A stretch of 64,000 nucleotides of DNA from positions 12,471 to 76,470 of the forward strand of contig JAFGQU010000022.1 in assembly GCA_016935525.1 (NCBI GenBank), written 5' to 3'. The translations under genes were made by a program, and so were the position numbers. The notes under the pieces are model-generated. The model searched no databases and had not been told where the DNA came from. It worked only from the letters and a program-made list of their open reading frames with translations. Position 1 is the stretch's first letter, and the number at the start of each line of letters is the position of its first letter. Of the stretch, positions 28,572 to 37,081 are shown piece after piece. This stretch comes from Candidatus Omnitrophota bacterium. GTDB taxonomy: Bacteria > Omnitrophota > Gorgyraeia > Duberdicusellales > 4484-171.

Positions 28572-28630
28572 CAAAAAAAAACGTTTCACTGCACCCCACC
28601 CGGTGTAATGAAACGTCTTTGTTTTTTTAC
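28572..28630. terminator. Bidirectional rho-independent terminator (after the sigma-factor gene, in the leader of the porin-amt operon)
   Basis: AAAAAAAAACGTTTCA...(20-nt loop)...TGAAACGTCTTTGTTTTTTT. A-run on one side and T-run on the other. A second hairpin CACAGTAAA-caatcgtta-TTTACTGTG sits at 28643-28669. Confidence 0.6.
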
Positions 28631-28676
28631 CACTTTGTATACACAGTAAACAATCGTTATTTACTGTGCGTTCAAC

Positions 28677-28709
28677 TATACAAGTAACTGATTACCCGCT
28701 TTGGTAACC
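28677..28709 (-). promoter_or_regulatory. Conserved 33-nt motif (copy 2): TATACAAGTAA-N12-TTACC-N6-GGTAACC, upstream of the porin-amt-glnK operon
   Basis: tatacaagtaactgattacccgctttggtaacc, with perfect palindrome TTACC-cgcttt-GGTAA. Matches the copy upstream of glnN. Confidence 0.35.
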
Positions 28710-28710
28710 G

Positions 28711-29244
28711 TTAACTCAATAAAAGTTCGTGAGCTATATACGCGTACTTATGTTTGATCTTTTTGCCCGTCTTTACTACCATTACATGAGAGATTCCCAG
28801 AGTTTCTCCGATTTCCCGGGTAGTAAATCCGTCTAACTGCATCATAAAGATGTTCCGTTCCCGTACAGTAAGTACAGGCGTGATCTCGCCTAACAGCAGA
28901 TGAGCGTCGATCCAATGAACGGGAAATCCGTCATTCCTGTCCGGTATTTTCTTGTTCAGCGAGTCATGCCCGGTATGTTCAGATTCGGCATCCAGGCTTA
29001 ATGAGACCTTATCCAGAGATCTATACGTTTTCCGAATATAGTTTTTCAGAAAATAATAGCAGTTTTGCAAAATATAACTGTCGGTCTTATTGTTCCAGAA
29101 CCCGGTCATGTTTTGTTCCCAAAGGTGGGTAGAAGCTTCCTGATAGAGATCCTGTTCGTCAAAATAGGTATACCGATTATTGAGTTTATGCGTGATTGCT
29201 TTTAATTTAGGATTCAGTTTGACTATTAATTCTTCGAACTTCAT
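28711..29244 (-). CDS. Sigma-70 family (ECF-like) RNA polymerase sigma factor
   Basis: C-terminal region-4 HTH LTVRERNIFMMQLDGFTTREIGETLGISHVMVVKTGKKI. N-terminal region-2-like segment. RBS AAGGAGG. Confidence 0.55.
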   Translation of the reverse strand: MKFEELIVKLNPKLKAITHKLNNRYTYFDEQDLYQEASTHLWEQNMTGFWNNKTDSYILQNCYYFLKNYIRKTYRSLDKVSLSLDAESEHTGHDSLNKKIPDRNDGFPVHWIDAHLLLGEITPVLTVRERNIFMMQLDGFTTREIGETLGISHVMVVKTGKKIKHKYAYIAHELLLS

Positions 29245-29333
29245 AGGTACCTCCTTAAAAAATAAAAACCCTCATCAAGCTGTCATCGCTTAATGAGGGC
29301 GTCGTTGCCGCTTTTGGAGTTTTCCGGGGCCGT

Positions 29334-29364
29334 AAAAAAGAAAAACCCCAAATTACTTTGGGGC
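29334..29364 (-). terminator. Rho-independent terminator after 29432..30541
   Basis: Minus strand: CCCCAAA-gtaa-TTTGGGG followed by TTTTTCTTTTTT. Confidence 0.65.
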
Positions 29365-29431
29365 ATCTTTGCCTAAACCCGTTTCTACCTACATTGTAGA
29401 AACTATTCTTGTATTAAAGATACCATTAATC

Positions 29432-30541
29432 TCAGGACATGTCAAGTATTTTTTCGGCAATCGCCAGCGCCGCCGTAAGTCCCGGCGATTCAATACCGAT
29501 AAGGTTAATAAACCCGGGAAAACCCTGGTCCGACTCTTCTTTTATCACAAAATCCCTGAAATCCTCGTGTTCAGCCTGTAATTTGGGCCTGATCCCGGCA
29601 GTATCACCGATAAGCTCCGCTATGGTCACCTCCGGCAGGAACTTCTTTATTTCCTCGTAAAACCGCTGTTTTTGGCCGATATCGACGGTATAATCGATTT
29701 CCCGGCAATAATAGGAATCCGGCCCTACCCGCAATCCTCCGGCCATATCGGGAGTAATATGGATACCCAGTGAAACACCTGTCGCCGGCGGATAAATAAG
29801 ACGAGCTATTGAATATTTTTGCGGATTACCAAGACGGAAATATTGCCCTTTACAATAGTGGATCTTGTAATGATTTCGTTCAATATCTATCCCTGCTAAA
29901 GAAGCTATGTTATCGCTGTGAAGGCCGCCGCAATTTATGATTTTTTCTGCCTGGAAAGCGAATTCTGTTCCTTGCGGCTCTTTTACAGTCACGGTATAAC
30001 CGGAAGACTCTTTCCGGATACGGACCACTTCGGTAGAAAATGAAAATACGACACCACGATCGAGCGCGGTTTGATAAAGAAACTGCATGTATGAATGAGA
30101 ATCGATGATCCCCGATTCCGGCGAAAATAACGCGGTGCGGGCATTCACATCCGGCGCATACGAGGAGATTTCTTTTCTACTAAGATACCGTAACGTGGTG
30201 ATCCCGCACTGGATGACATTTTGGAAAATATCTTCGATTTTCGCTTCTTCGGCCCGGTCGGCGGCAATGATGAGTTTACCGGTTTTCCGGTAAGGGATAC
30301 GGTTCTTTTTACACAATTGGTAAAGAAGTTCTTTACCGCGGACGCAGCAAGTAAGTTTCAGCGACCCCGGACGATAATATAACCCGGCATGGATGACCTC
30401 CGAATTACGCGAACTGGTTTCCTGACCGAAAGAAGCGTTTTCCTCAATAACCACTATAGAGGTATTTTCTTCAGCTAGTTTCGCAGCACAACTTAACCCG
30501 ATAATACCCGCTCCGATAATGACAGTATCGACTTTTTCCAT
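29432..30541 (-). CDS. lhgO: FAD-dependent oxidoreductase, L-2-hydroxyglutarate oxidase/dehydrogenase (LhgO) family
   Basis: N-terminal TVIIGAGIIGLS dinucleotide fold. SEVIHAGLYYRPGSLK and GQYFRL motifs, collinear with E. coli LhgO. Confidence 0.75.
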   Translation of the reverse strand: MEKVDTVIIGAGIIGLSCAAKLAEENTSIVVIEENASFGQETSSRNSEVIHAGLYYRPGSLKLTCCVRGKELLYQLCKKNRIPYRKTGKLIIAADRAEEAKIEDIFQNVIQCGITTLRYLSRKEISSYAPDVNARTALFSPESGIIDSHSYMQFLYQTALDRGVVFSFSTEVVRIRKESSGYTVTVKEPQGTEFAFQAEKIINCGGLHSDNIASLAGIDIERNHYKIHYCKGQYFRLGNPQKYSIARLIYPPATGVSLGIHITPDMAGGLRVGPDSYYCREIDYTVDIGQKQRFYEEIKKFLPEVTIAELIGDTAGIRPKLQAEHEDFRDFVIKEESDQGFPGFINLIGIESPGLTAALAIAEKILDMS

Positions 30542-30569
30542 GACGGTTTATTATATCAAAGCAATCGTA

Positions 30570-30610
30570 TAAAAAAACGCCTCTTCCGGTAAAAGAAGAG
30601 GCGTTTTTTG
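30570..30610 (-). terminator. Rho-independent terminator after 30632..32272 (bidirectional-capable)
   Basis: AAAAAAACGCCTCTTC-cggtaaaa-GAAGAGGCGTTTTTTG. An upstream hairpin AACCGCAC-cac-GTGCGGTT at 30611-30630. Confidence 0.65.
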
Positions 30611-30631
30611 TCAAACCGCACGTGGTGCGGT

Positions 30632-32272
30632 TTATGATTTCAATATTGTTTTGGCGATCTCGTCGTTCTTATCGGCGATAAACGTAATTCCCGTCTCTTT
30701 TGCCGTTTCCCGGTTTGCCGCATAGATATCGTCCCGAGAGATCTCTTTTAACGAGAATTTCCGTGCCCCGGCCATCAATTGTTGCAATCCGGCAGCAAGC
30801 TTATCGGCTAATGTCCAGGCAGCGATAGCTCCGCAGGGAATATTTTTCATCTCATCTTTACCGACTTTTTTCTGGACATCATAATAACCGGCAAAGATCT
30901 CATCGGGAGTCGTCCCGAATTCGGTCACACTCGACGGCAATTTATCCCAGTTCCCGTTGAGTTTCTCTCTTTTTTCGGGACTTACTACCCCTTCGATATT
31001 TGACCCTAAAAATCCCGGAATCATCAGCGACCGGCCCATACAGACCAGTTTGGTAAATGGAGCGCCTAACGCTAACGCTTTAAAGATCTGGTCTTCTCTC
31101 GCCAACCCTCCGGCAAACGCCATGTCCACGACTTTTTCTCCTTTATCGGCAAGAAGTTTTGCGTATTCATAGGCTTTAGAGTGTAACACTACCGATGGGA
31201 CTCCCCAACTTTCCATCATGTTCCAAGGGCTCATTCCCGTCCCTCCGCCGGAACCGTCGATAGTGAGCAGGTCGAGTTGAGCCTGAGTTGCGTATTTGAT
31301 CGACATGGCTAACGCTTCCATACCGTAAGAACCGGTTTTAAGCGATATGCGTTTATACCCTAATTTCCGCAGGTATTCCACCGATTTCATGAAATTTTCC
31401 CGCACGGAATCACGGGATGCGAGGCTGGTATACCCCAGGCGGCTATGCCGGGCAAAGGAACGGATCGCTTTATGATTGAACGCTTCCTGTACCTCTTTAC
31501 GGGTCGGATCAGGATCGACCACGTATCCTCTTTCTTTAAGAAACAGGGCATAATCGAGGCTGGTCACCTGGATTTCTCCGCCGATATCTTTTGCGCCCTG
31601 GCCCCATTTAAGTTCGATAATGACTTTATCTCCGTATTTCTCAATTACGTATTCGGCGACACCGTTACGGGTATCTTCGACATTAAGCTGGACGATAATC
31701 GCGCCGTAACCGTCGTGATATTTCAAAAATATGTCGATACGACGGTCGAGTTCCGGAGCTTTAATGATCTTCCCTTTTTTGATTTCTGAGGATTTATCGA
31801 CACCGACCACGTTTTCTCCGATTACAATCGGATATCCTACCAATGCCGCGCCGATTGCGAATGAATCCCAATATTTCGCGGCAATAAATGTCGATCCTAG
31901 TGCTCCGGTCATCACCGGTACCCGAAACTTGGTTTTCATCTTCGCTCCGAATTCTCCTCCAAGATGTACATTAGGGAAAATACAATCGTCTTCTGATTCG
32001 GTCAGCCCTTTGGGCAGGCCTTTTGCGCCATAATTGTATCCGTCAATACGTAAAGAATTATAAGAAACGCCTACGTGACTGGTATTAGAACTTCCGGCCG
32101 TAACGGTTCCGAAATCACGCGGGTAAAGGACTTTTCTTCCCTGTAAACTGGATAACCAGGTTTCGCATTTACCTTTACAATCGGCACGGCAAAGAGTACA
32201 AAGACCTGATTCCGCCGGATTGCCCCGGTTGATCGTCCCAAGGGCGTCATTACTTTTGGGCCATTGAATCAT
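30632..32272 (-). CDS. Glutamate synthase-related FMN-binding domain protein (archaeal-type GltB subunit-2-like, stand-alone)
   Basis: 546 aa. N-terminal Cys cluster CTLCRADCKGKCE. FMN/Fe-S glutamate-synthase central-domain pattern (GSGGGTGMSP..., LVCMGRSL). Confidence 0.7.
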   Translation of the reverse strand: MIQWPKSNDALGTINRGNPAESGLCTLCRADCKGKCETWLSSLQGRKVLYPRDFGTVTAGSSNTSHVGVSYNSLRIDGYNYGAKGLPKGLTESEDDCIFPNVHLGGEFGAKMKTKFRVPVMTGALGSTFIAAKYWDSFAIGAALVGYPIVIGENVVGVDKSSEIKKGKIIKAPELDRRIDIFLKYHDGYGAIIVQLNVEDTRNGVAEYVIEKYGDKVIIELKWGQGAKDIGGEIQVTSLDYALFLKERGYVVDPDPTRKEVQEAFNHKAIRSFARHSRLGYTSLASRDSVRENFMKSVEYLRKLGYKRISLKTGSYGMEALAMSIKYATQAQLDLLTIDGSGGGTGMSPWNMMESWGVPSVVLHSKAYEYAKLLADKGEKVVDMAFAGGLAREDQIFKALALGAPFTKLVCMGRSLMIPGFLGSNIEGVVSPEKREKLNGNWDKLPSSVTEFGTTPDEIFAGYYDVQKKVGKDEMKNIPCGAIAAWTLADKLAAGLQQLMAGARKFSLKEISRDDIYAANRETAKETGITFIADKNDEIAKTILKS

Positions 32273-32327
32273 AACAACCTCCTCTTCTTGTATGGGTAAT
32301 AATTATGCGTATTTTGCCTGTATTTCA

Positions 32328-32377
32328 GGCATCCGTAAAAAATAAAAAACGTCCTTCCTCCTGAAAGAAAGGACGTC
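32328..32377 (-). terminator. Rho-independent terminator after the gltD/nfnB-like gene and its 3' repeat array
   Basis: ACGTCCTT-cctcctgaaaga-AAGGACGT with a long A-run on the + strand (U-run on the transcript). Confidence 0.55.
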
Positions 32378-32461
32378 GTTGTCCTATTGATTTACTATAT
32401 CAATATCGTTTATGCTGTCAAGGGGATTATTAAACAGCGGATAGCGTAGAGCGATTAGCGG

Positions 32462-32600
32462 ACAGATGGAAAATCCCGATCAAATCCAAAGCGCTAAATT
32501 CAAAAAAGGTATTCGCTTTCCCCATTAGGATTTCGGATTTAGAATTTTGGATTTTTAAGCCTGTGACGTGTGACCTTATGTCTATGTGACCTATTTCTTC
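32462..32600. repeat. Composite repeat element: AAATCC x2-3, GGATTT x3, TGTGAC x3 (3' of gltD/nfnB-like gene)
   Basis: aaatcccgatcaaatccaaagcgctaaattc...ggatttcggatttagaattttggattttt, then tgtgacgtgtgaccttatgtctatgtgacc. Its reverse complement has the same module order as 36793..37052. Confidence 0.8.
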
Positions 32601-34003
32601 AGATATTCAAGGATAGCTCGAGCCGCTTTCTTTGCCATACCCATCGCTTCGATGACCGTGCCTTCGCCACCGACGATATCTCCTCCGGCATACACCCCCG
32701 GAATCGATGTCTGCATACTGTCCGGGTCGACCGTAATATCACCGTGGGTATCGGTAGATAATTCCGGAGTGACCCGTAACAGGACTTGATTGGCTTTTAG
32801 GCCTACGGCCAGAATCGCTCCTTCACAGGGTATTTCAAACTCACTGCCGGCGATGGCCAGGGGCCGACGTCTTCCTGATGAATCTGGTACACCCAATTCG
32901 CACCGTTGACAGATCGCTTTTTCAATATACCCTTGGCTCCCTTTGAATGCGACCGGTTGCGTGAGGAATTCGAACTGGATGCCTTCTTCACGGGCATGAT
33001 GGATCTCAAGCCGGCGTGCCGGCATTTCTATTTCGGTACGGCGATAAAGGATCTTTACTGACGGAGCATACCCGGCAATGGATTGTAACCGTAATGCGAC
33101 TCTTGCCGCATCCATAGCGGTATTGCCTCCGCCGATTACGACCATCTGTTTTCCTATATTTACCGGAGTCGCGTAGTGAGGGAATTTGTAGGCATTCATA
33201 AGGTTCACCCGGGTAAGGAATTCATTTGCCGAATACACATTACAGAGATTTTCACCGGGGATACCTAAAAATGTCGGAACACCGGCCCCTAATCCTAAAA
33301 AGATCGCCGAATACCCTTCATCCCACAGGTCGGGAATAGTTTTAATTTGACCGATGATGGAATCAGTGATGATCTCTACTCCCAGTTTTTTTATATACTC
33401 TATCTCTACGTCAAGTATGTCGACCGGCAGACGAAACGGCGGTATCCCGTAACACAATACCCCGCCGGCACGGTGAAGACTTTCAAATACAGTCACCTGT
33501 ACTCCCTGGCGGGCTAATTCTCCGGCACAACATAATCCGGCAGGGCCGGAACCGACTACGGCGACTTTACATCTCTTTAGATGTTCTTGTTGCCGGATGG
33601 GGACATCTATGGTGTTTTTTATTCCGTAATCTCCGAGGAACCGTTCCAAAAAATGGATATTGATCGCGTTCTTTGACGCAAACGGTTCTCCTTTTTTTGT
33701 GAGTACGCACGCCCGGCGACATTGATATTCAGCCGGGCATACCCGGCCGCAGATAGACGGGAAATTGTTTTTTTGACGGATAGTCAAATACGCCTGAGCA
33801 TACTCTTTACGGGTAATCTGGAATATGAATTTTTTAATATCGATTCCTACCGGGCACCCTTCGCTACAGGTGGGGTTTTTACATTGAAGACAACGGGCGG
33901 CTTCAGCTAAAGCTTCTTCTTCGGTGTAGAGGCCGACTACTTCGTTGAAATCTTTTATCCGTTGCTGAGGGGCAATCTCTTGTGGGTGTATAGTTTCTTT
34001 CAT
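32591..34003 (-). CDS. GltD-family NADPH-dependent oxidoreductase (NfnB / SudA / 'homotetrameric GltA'-like)
   Basis: Two [4Fe-4S]-type Cys clusters (CLQCKNPTCSEGCP, CGRVCPAEYQCRRAC). Two GxGxxG folds (VVGSGPAGL, VVIGGGNTAMD). About 470 aa. Start set at MKETIH (alternative: 34045). Confidence 0.8.
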   Translation of the reverse strand: MKETIHPQEIAPQQRIKDFNEVVGLYTEEEALAEAARCLQCKNPTCSEGCPVGIDIKKFIFQITRKEYAQAYLTIRQKNNFPSICGRVCPAEYQCRRACVLTKKGEPFASKNAINIHFLERFLGDYGIKNTIDVPIRQQEHLKRCKVAVVGSGPAGLCCAGELARQGVQVTVFESLHRAGGVLCYGIPPFRLPVDILDVEIEYIKKLGVEIITDSIIGQIKTIPDLWDEGYSAIFLGLGAGVPTFLGIPGENLCNVYSANEFLTRVNLMNAYKFPHYATPVNIGKQMVVIGGGNTAMDAARVALRLQSIAGYAPSVKILYRRTEIEMPARRLEIHHAREEGIQFEFLTQPVAFKGSQGYIEKAICQRCELGVPDSSGRRRPLAIAGSEFEIPCEGAILAVGLKANQVLLRVTPELSTDTHGDITVDPDSMQTSIPGVYAGGDIVGGEGTVIEAMGMAKKAARAILEYLKK

Positions 34004-34028
34004 ATTACTAATATAAATGTTCAATGTA

Positions 34029-34106
34029 AAATTAGCATTTAGCAATTAGCAATGTGAAATTCGGAAATTCTCTTATTTCTTCCATTGCTAAATGAAAATT
34101 GCTAAT
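34029..34106. repeat. Inverted array of direct repeats (TTAGCA x3, then TGCTAA x2-3) between the nfnA-like and nfnB-like genes
   Basis: aaattagcatttagcaattagcaatg...cattgctaaatgaaaattgctaattg. Confidence 0.75.
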
Positions 34107-34125
34107 TGATCATTGATAATTTTTC

Positions 34126-34998
34126 TTACTCTATACGCTTACCGCTATCCGCTATTCGCTGTAAATTACAGATATGTTTCTCTTTTTTTTCGTACATCTT
34201 ACTGCGCTGGAAGAGTTCGTCCCAATCGACCAAGTGGGCATCGAATTCCGGCCCGTCAATACATGCGAATTTTGTTTCTTTATCTACCGTGACCCGGCAA
34301 CATCCGCACATGCCGGTCGCATCGACCATAAGCGCGTTAAGCGAGACTATAGTCTTGAGTGAATATCTTTCGGTAATCTCGGTGACTTTTTTCATCATCG
34401 CAACCGGCCCGACCGCATAGGCTAGATGGTAAGGAGTATTGTTATGGTTTTTCTCAAGAAGACGAAGAAGGACATCGGTCACCAATCCTTTCTCTCCTGT
34501 GGAGCCGTCATCGGTCGTGGCAAAAAACTCATCGGATAGGCCTTGAAGTTCTTTTCTTAAAATAAACAGGTCTTGACTACGTGCTCCGATAATAGTAGTG
34601 ATCTGATTCCCGATGTGTTTTAAAGCCCGGGTTACCGGATATACCTCGGCAATCCCTACTCCTCCCCCGATAATGAGTATCCTCCCGAATTTCTTGATCT
34701 GGGTAGGGGTCCCTAAAGGGCCGGCAAGGCTGAATACCGTTTCCCCGATACCCAGTTCTCCCAGTTTTCCCGTAGAATATCCGGCGTGTTGAAAAATAAG
34801 AGTGATCGTCCCGGTTTCTTTATCGCTCTCCACTATGGTCAACGGGATCCGTTCGCCGGTCGCGGTGGGAATCACTACTACGAATTGTCCGGGGCGGGCT
34901 TTTTGGGCGATAAGCGGAGCAATGATACGCAATTGAGTGATTCGCAGGGGATCTTTCCGGATGAGTTCTTTTTTATCGATAATCTTCATCAGTATCAA
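34126..34998 (-). CDS. PyrK-like FAD/NAD(P)-binding, [2Fe-2S] electron-transfer subunit (NfnA / SudB-like)
   Basis: FNR-like fold. C-terminal MCGCCRV...C cluster typical of PyrK/NfnA. About 285 aa. Confidence 0.75.
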   Translation of the reverse strand: MILMKIIDKKELIRKDPLRITQLRIIAPLIAQKARPGQFVVVIPTATGERIPLTIVESDKETGTITLIFQHAGYSTGKLGELGIGETVFSLAGPLGTPTQIKKFGRILIIGGGVGIAEVYPVTRALKHIGNQITTIIGARSQDLFILRKELQGLSDEFFATTDDGSTGEKGLVTDVLLRLLEKNHNNTPYHLAYAVGPVAMMKKVTEITERYSLKTIVSLNALMVDATGMCGCCRVTVDKETKFACIDGPEFDAHLVDWDELFQRSKMYEKKEKHICNLQRIADSGKRIE

Positions 34999-35483
34999 AA
35001 CGATGTGGTGAAAAACCTATCCATACCCGACAAAATGCCTTTTGTCGTCAACGTCACAATAATACCGGCGATCATGATGCCGATAATGATTCCGCACAAT
35101 GCTTTCGCAAACCGGAATTTAAGCAGGGCGGCGACCAGGGTCCCGGTCCAGGCTCCGGTCGTAGGGAAAGGTATGGCGACAAACATGACCAGCCCGATAA
35201 ACCCGTAGGTACGGACAAAATCTGATTTTAATTCGATCCGTCGGTTCCACCAGTGGAAAAACCTTCCGGCGAGAGGTACGTTTTGCAATACATCGAACAT
35301 AACCTTATAAAAGAAAAACAGAGGGATTACCGGCAGGATATTACCGAAAATTGACAACCAGTAACTTTCCAGAGTTGAGATCCCTTGCGCTAACGCATAG
35401 GGGATAGCACCTCTCAATTCAAGAATGGGAGACGCCGCGATAAGAATAGTGATAAGTTTAGTTTCCGGGAGCATATTTACCAA
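34995..35483 (-). CDS. Small polytopic membrane protein (COG2426-like, 'small multidrug export'-type), function uncertain
   Basis: 162 aa, 4-5 hydrophobic segments. Overlaps neighbouring genes by a few nt. Confidence 0.4.
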   Translation of the reverse strand: MVNMLPETKLITILIAASPILELRGAIPYALAQGISTLESYWLSIFGNILPVIPLFFFYKVMFDVLQNVPLAGRFFHWWNRRIELKSDFVRTYGFIGLVMFVAIPFPTTGAWTGTLVAALLKFRFAKALCGIIIGIMIAGIIVTLTTKGILSGMDRFFTTSF

Positions 35484-36102
35484 TTAACGGAACAAAAATG
35501 CATCCTCCGGCCGATGTTCTCTCGGACTTTCCGGTAGGAGTCTTCTTTAAGATCGTCAGGGTCTGCTGGAATGATTCTCCTACGGGCATGATCAGGGTGC
35601 CGGGTGAGCTCAACTGTTCGATCAACGGTTGAGGGATAACGGTTGCGGCGGCGGTCACGATGATTTTATCGTAAGGGGAATGTTCCGGCCAGCCTTCGGT
35701 CCCGTCATCGACCTTTAAAGATACATTAAGTTTGAGTGTTTTTAATATCTTTTCGGCTTTTTCAGCCAACTCCGGTATACGTTCGACACTATACACGCTA
35801 CATCCGATTGCCGCTAAAATCGCGGTTTGATAACCGCTGCCGGTGCCGATTTCCAATACCTTGTCAGAAGATCCCAGGTCAAGCAATTCAGTCATAAGCG
35901 CGACGATATAAGGCTGAGATATCGTCTGGTCATATCCGATAGAAAGCGGCCGGTCAGTATAAGCGTCCGGCATAAGGATATCGGGAACAAAATATTCCCG
36001 GGGAACACTCAAAAAAGCATCTACTACTTTTTTATTTTTAATCCCTCTTGATTGGAGTTGTTCTTTTACCATTTGTTGGCGTAGGAGTGTATATCCGGAC
36101 AT
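35458..36102 (-). CDS. pcm: Protein-L-isoaspartate O-methyltransferase
   Basis: VLEIGTGSGYQTAILA SAM-binding motif. ...VPREYFVP... Collinear with Pcm. 214 aa. Confidence 0.85.
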   Translation of the reverse strand: MSGYTLLRQQMVKEQLQSRGIKNKKVVDAFLSVPREYFVPDILMPDAYTDRPLSIGYDQTISQPYIVALMTELLDLGSSDKVLEIGTGSGYQTAILAAIGCSVYSVERIPELAEKAEKILKTLKLNVSLKVDDGTEGWPEHSPYDKIIVTAAATVIPQPLIEQLSSPGTLIMPVGESFQQTLTILKKTPTGKSERTSAGGCIFVPLIGKYAPGN

Positions 36103-36104
36103 AA

Positions 36105-36773
36105 TTACTGGTTCAGTATTGCCAGGAAAAAAAAACGTAAAAAACGGATGGTGTCGATGATCGGCTTGATCTTACTGGAAGAATCTTTATGATAGATACT
36201 CTGGATAGGAATCGACTTGATCCGGATATTATTACGGACGGCTTTAATAAGAAATTCCGAATCGACTTCAAAGTTCTCCGTTTCAATAGGTATTTTTTCC
36301 AGGACTTCCCGTTTTATCAGACGAAATCCGCATTGGGTATCGGGGATATGTTGTTTGATCAAAGCCGAAATCAGCCAGGACATGAACCGGTTGGTGAGCA
36401 CGCGGTCAAACGGCATCCCTTGAGGGTTATTCATCCGGTTACCTAATACGAATTTTTCTCCCTGATGAGCTTGGTATAAAAACCCTTTTACATCGGAAGC
36501 AGCGTGTTGACGGTCGGCATCCATAGTGATCACGTAATCAAACTCTTCGTTATCAAAAAGATACTGGACGGCATTTTTTAAGGATTGGCCTTTTCCCAGA
36601 TTTTCTGAATTACGTAATACGGTTACTCCGGCGGATTGAGCGATCTGAGCCGTCTCATCGGTAGAACCGTCATCAACGACCAGAATAGATAATTCTGTCT
36701 GTTGCAGTTCTTCTAAGACCAGCCCTAAGCTATTCGCTTCGTTATAGGCAGGAATAACAGCCCATACTTTCAT
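36105..36773 (-). CDS. GT2 family glycosyltransferase (polyprenyl-phosphate sugar transferase-like)
   Basis: VIPAYNEANSL...VVDDGSTDETAQIA...DADRQH (DxD). Start set at MKVWAVIPAYNE. Confidence 0.75.
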   Translation of the reverse strand: MKVWAVIPAYNEANSLGLVLEELQQTELSILVVDDGSTDETAQIAQSAGVTVLRNSENLGKGQSLKNAVQYLFDNEEFDYVITMDADRQHAASDVKGFLYQAHQGEKFVLGNRMNNPQGMPFDRVLTNRFMSWLISALIKQHIPDTQCGFRLIKREVLEKIPIETENFEVDSEFLIKAVRNNIRIKSIPIQSIYHKDSSSKIKPIIDTIRFLRFFFLAILNQ

Positions 36774-36792
36774 AATGGATCTTTCCACATTA

Positions 36793-37052
36793 TAGGTCAC
36801 ATGTCACATAGTCCCACGACACACGTTACTTTGACTTTATTCGGATACGGTTAGATTTCAATCACCAATAACCAAGATATATCTTTTAAATCCTAAATTC
36901 TAACCCCTAAATCCTAAACAAATTCGAAATGGGGAAAATCCAAAACAATACCACTGAGACCAAAAATCAAAAATATATCAATATTTTGGGTTTGGGATGT
37001 ATGATTTAGGATTTGCTTAGAGCCTAGGATTTTGGATTTAGGATTTAAACTG
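36793..37052. repeat. Composite repeat element: GTCACA x2-3, AAATCCTAA x3-4, spacer, TTAGGATTT x4
   Basis: ggtcacatgtcacatagtc...taaatcctaaattctaacccctaaatcctaaac...ggaaaatccaaaac...gatttaggatttgcttagagcctaggattttggatttaggattt. Same modules as 32462..32600 in opposite orientation. Confidence 0.8.
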
Positions 37053-37081
37053 TGATTAGTCATTATCTGGTTATTTATTCC

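Noticed and set aside
28572-28670. Canonical ANTAR dual-hexaloop target in the porin-amt leader
   Set aside because: Two hairpins are present but loops are 9 and ~20 nt, not the A-x-x-G hexaloops of ANTAR targets. Retained only as a low-confidence speculation.
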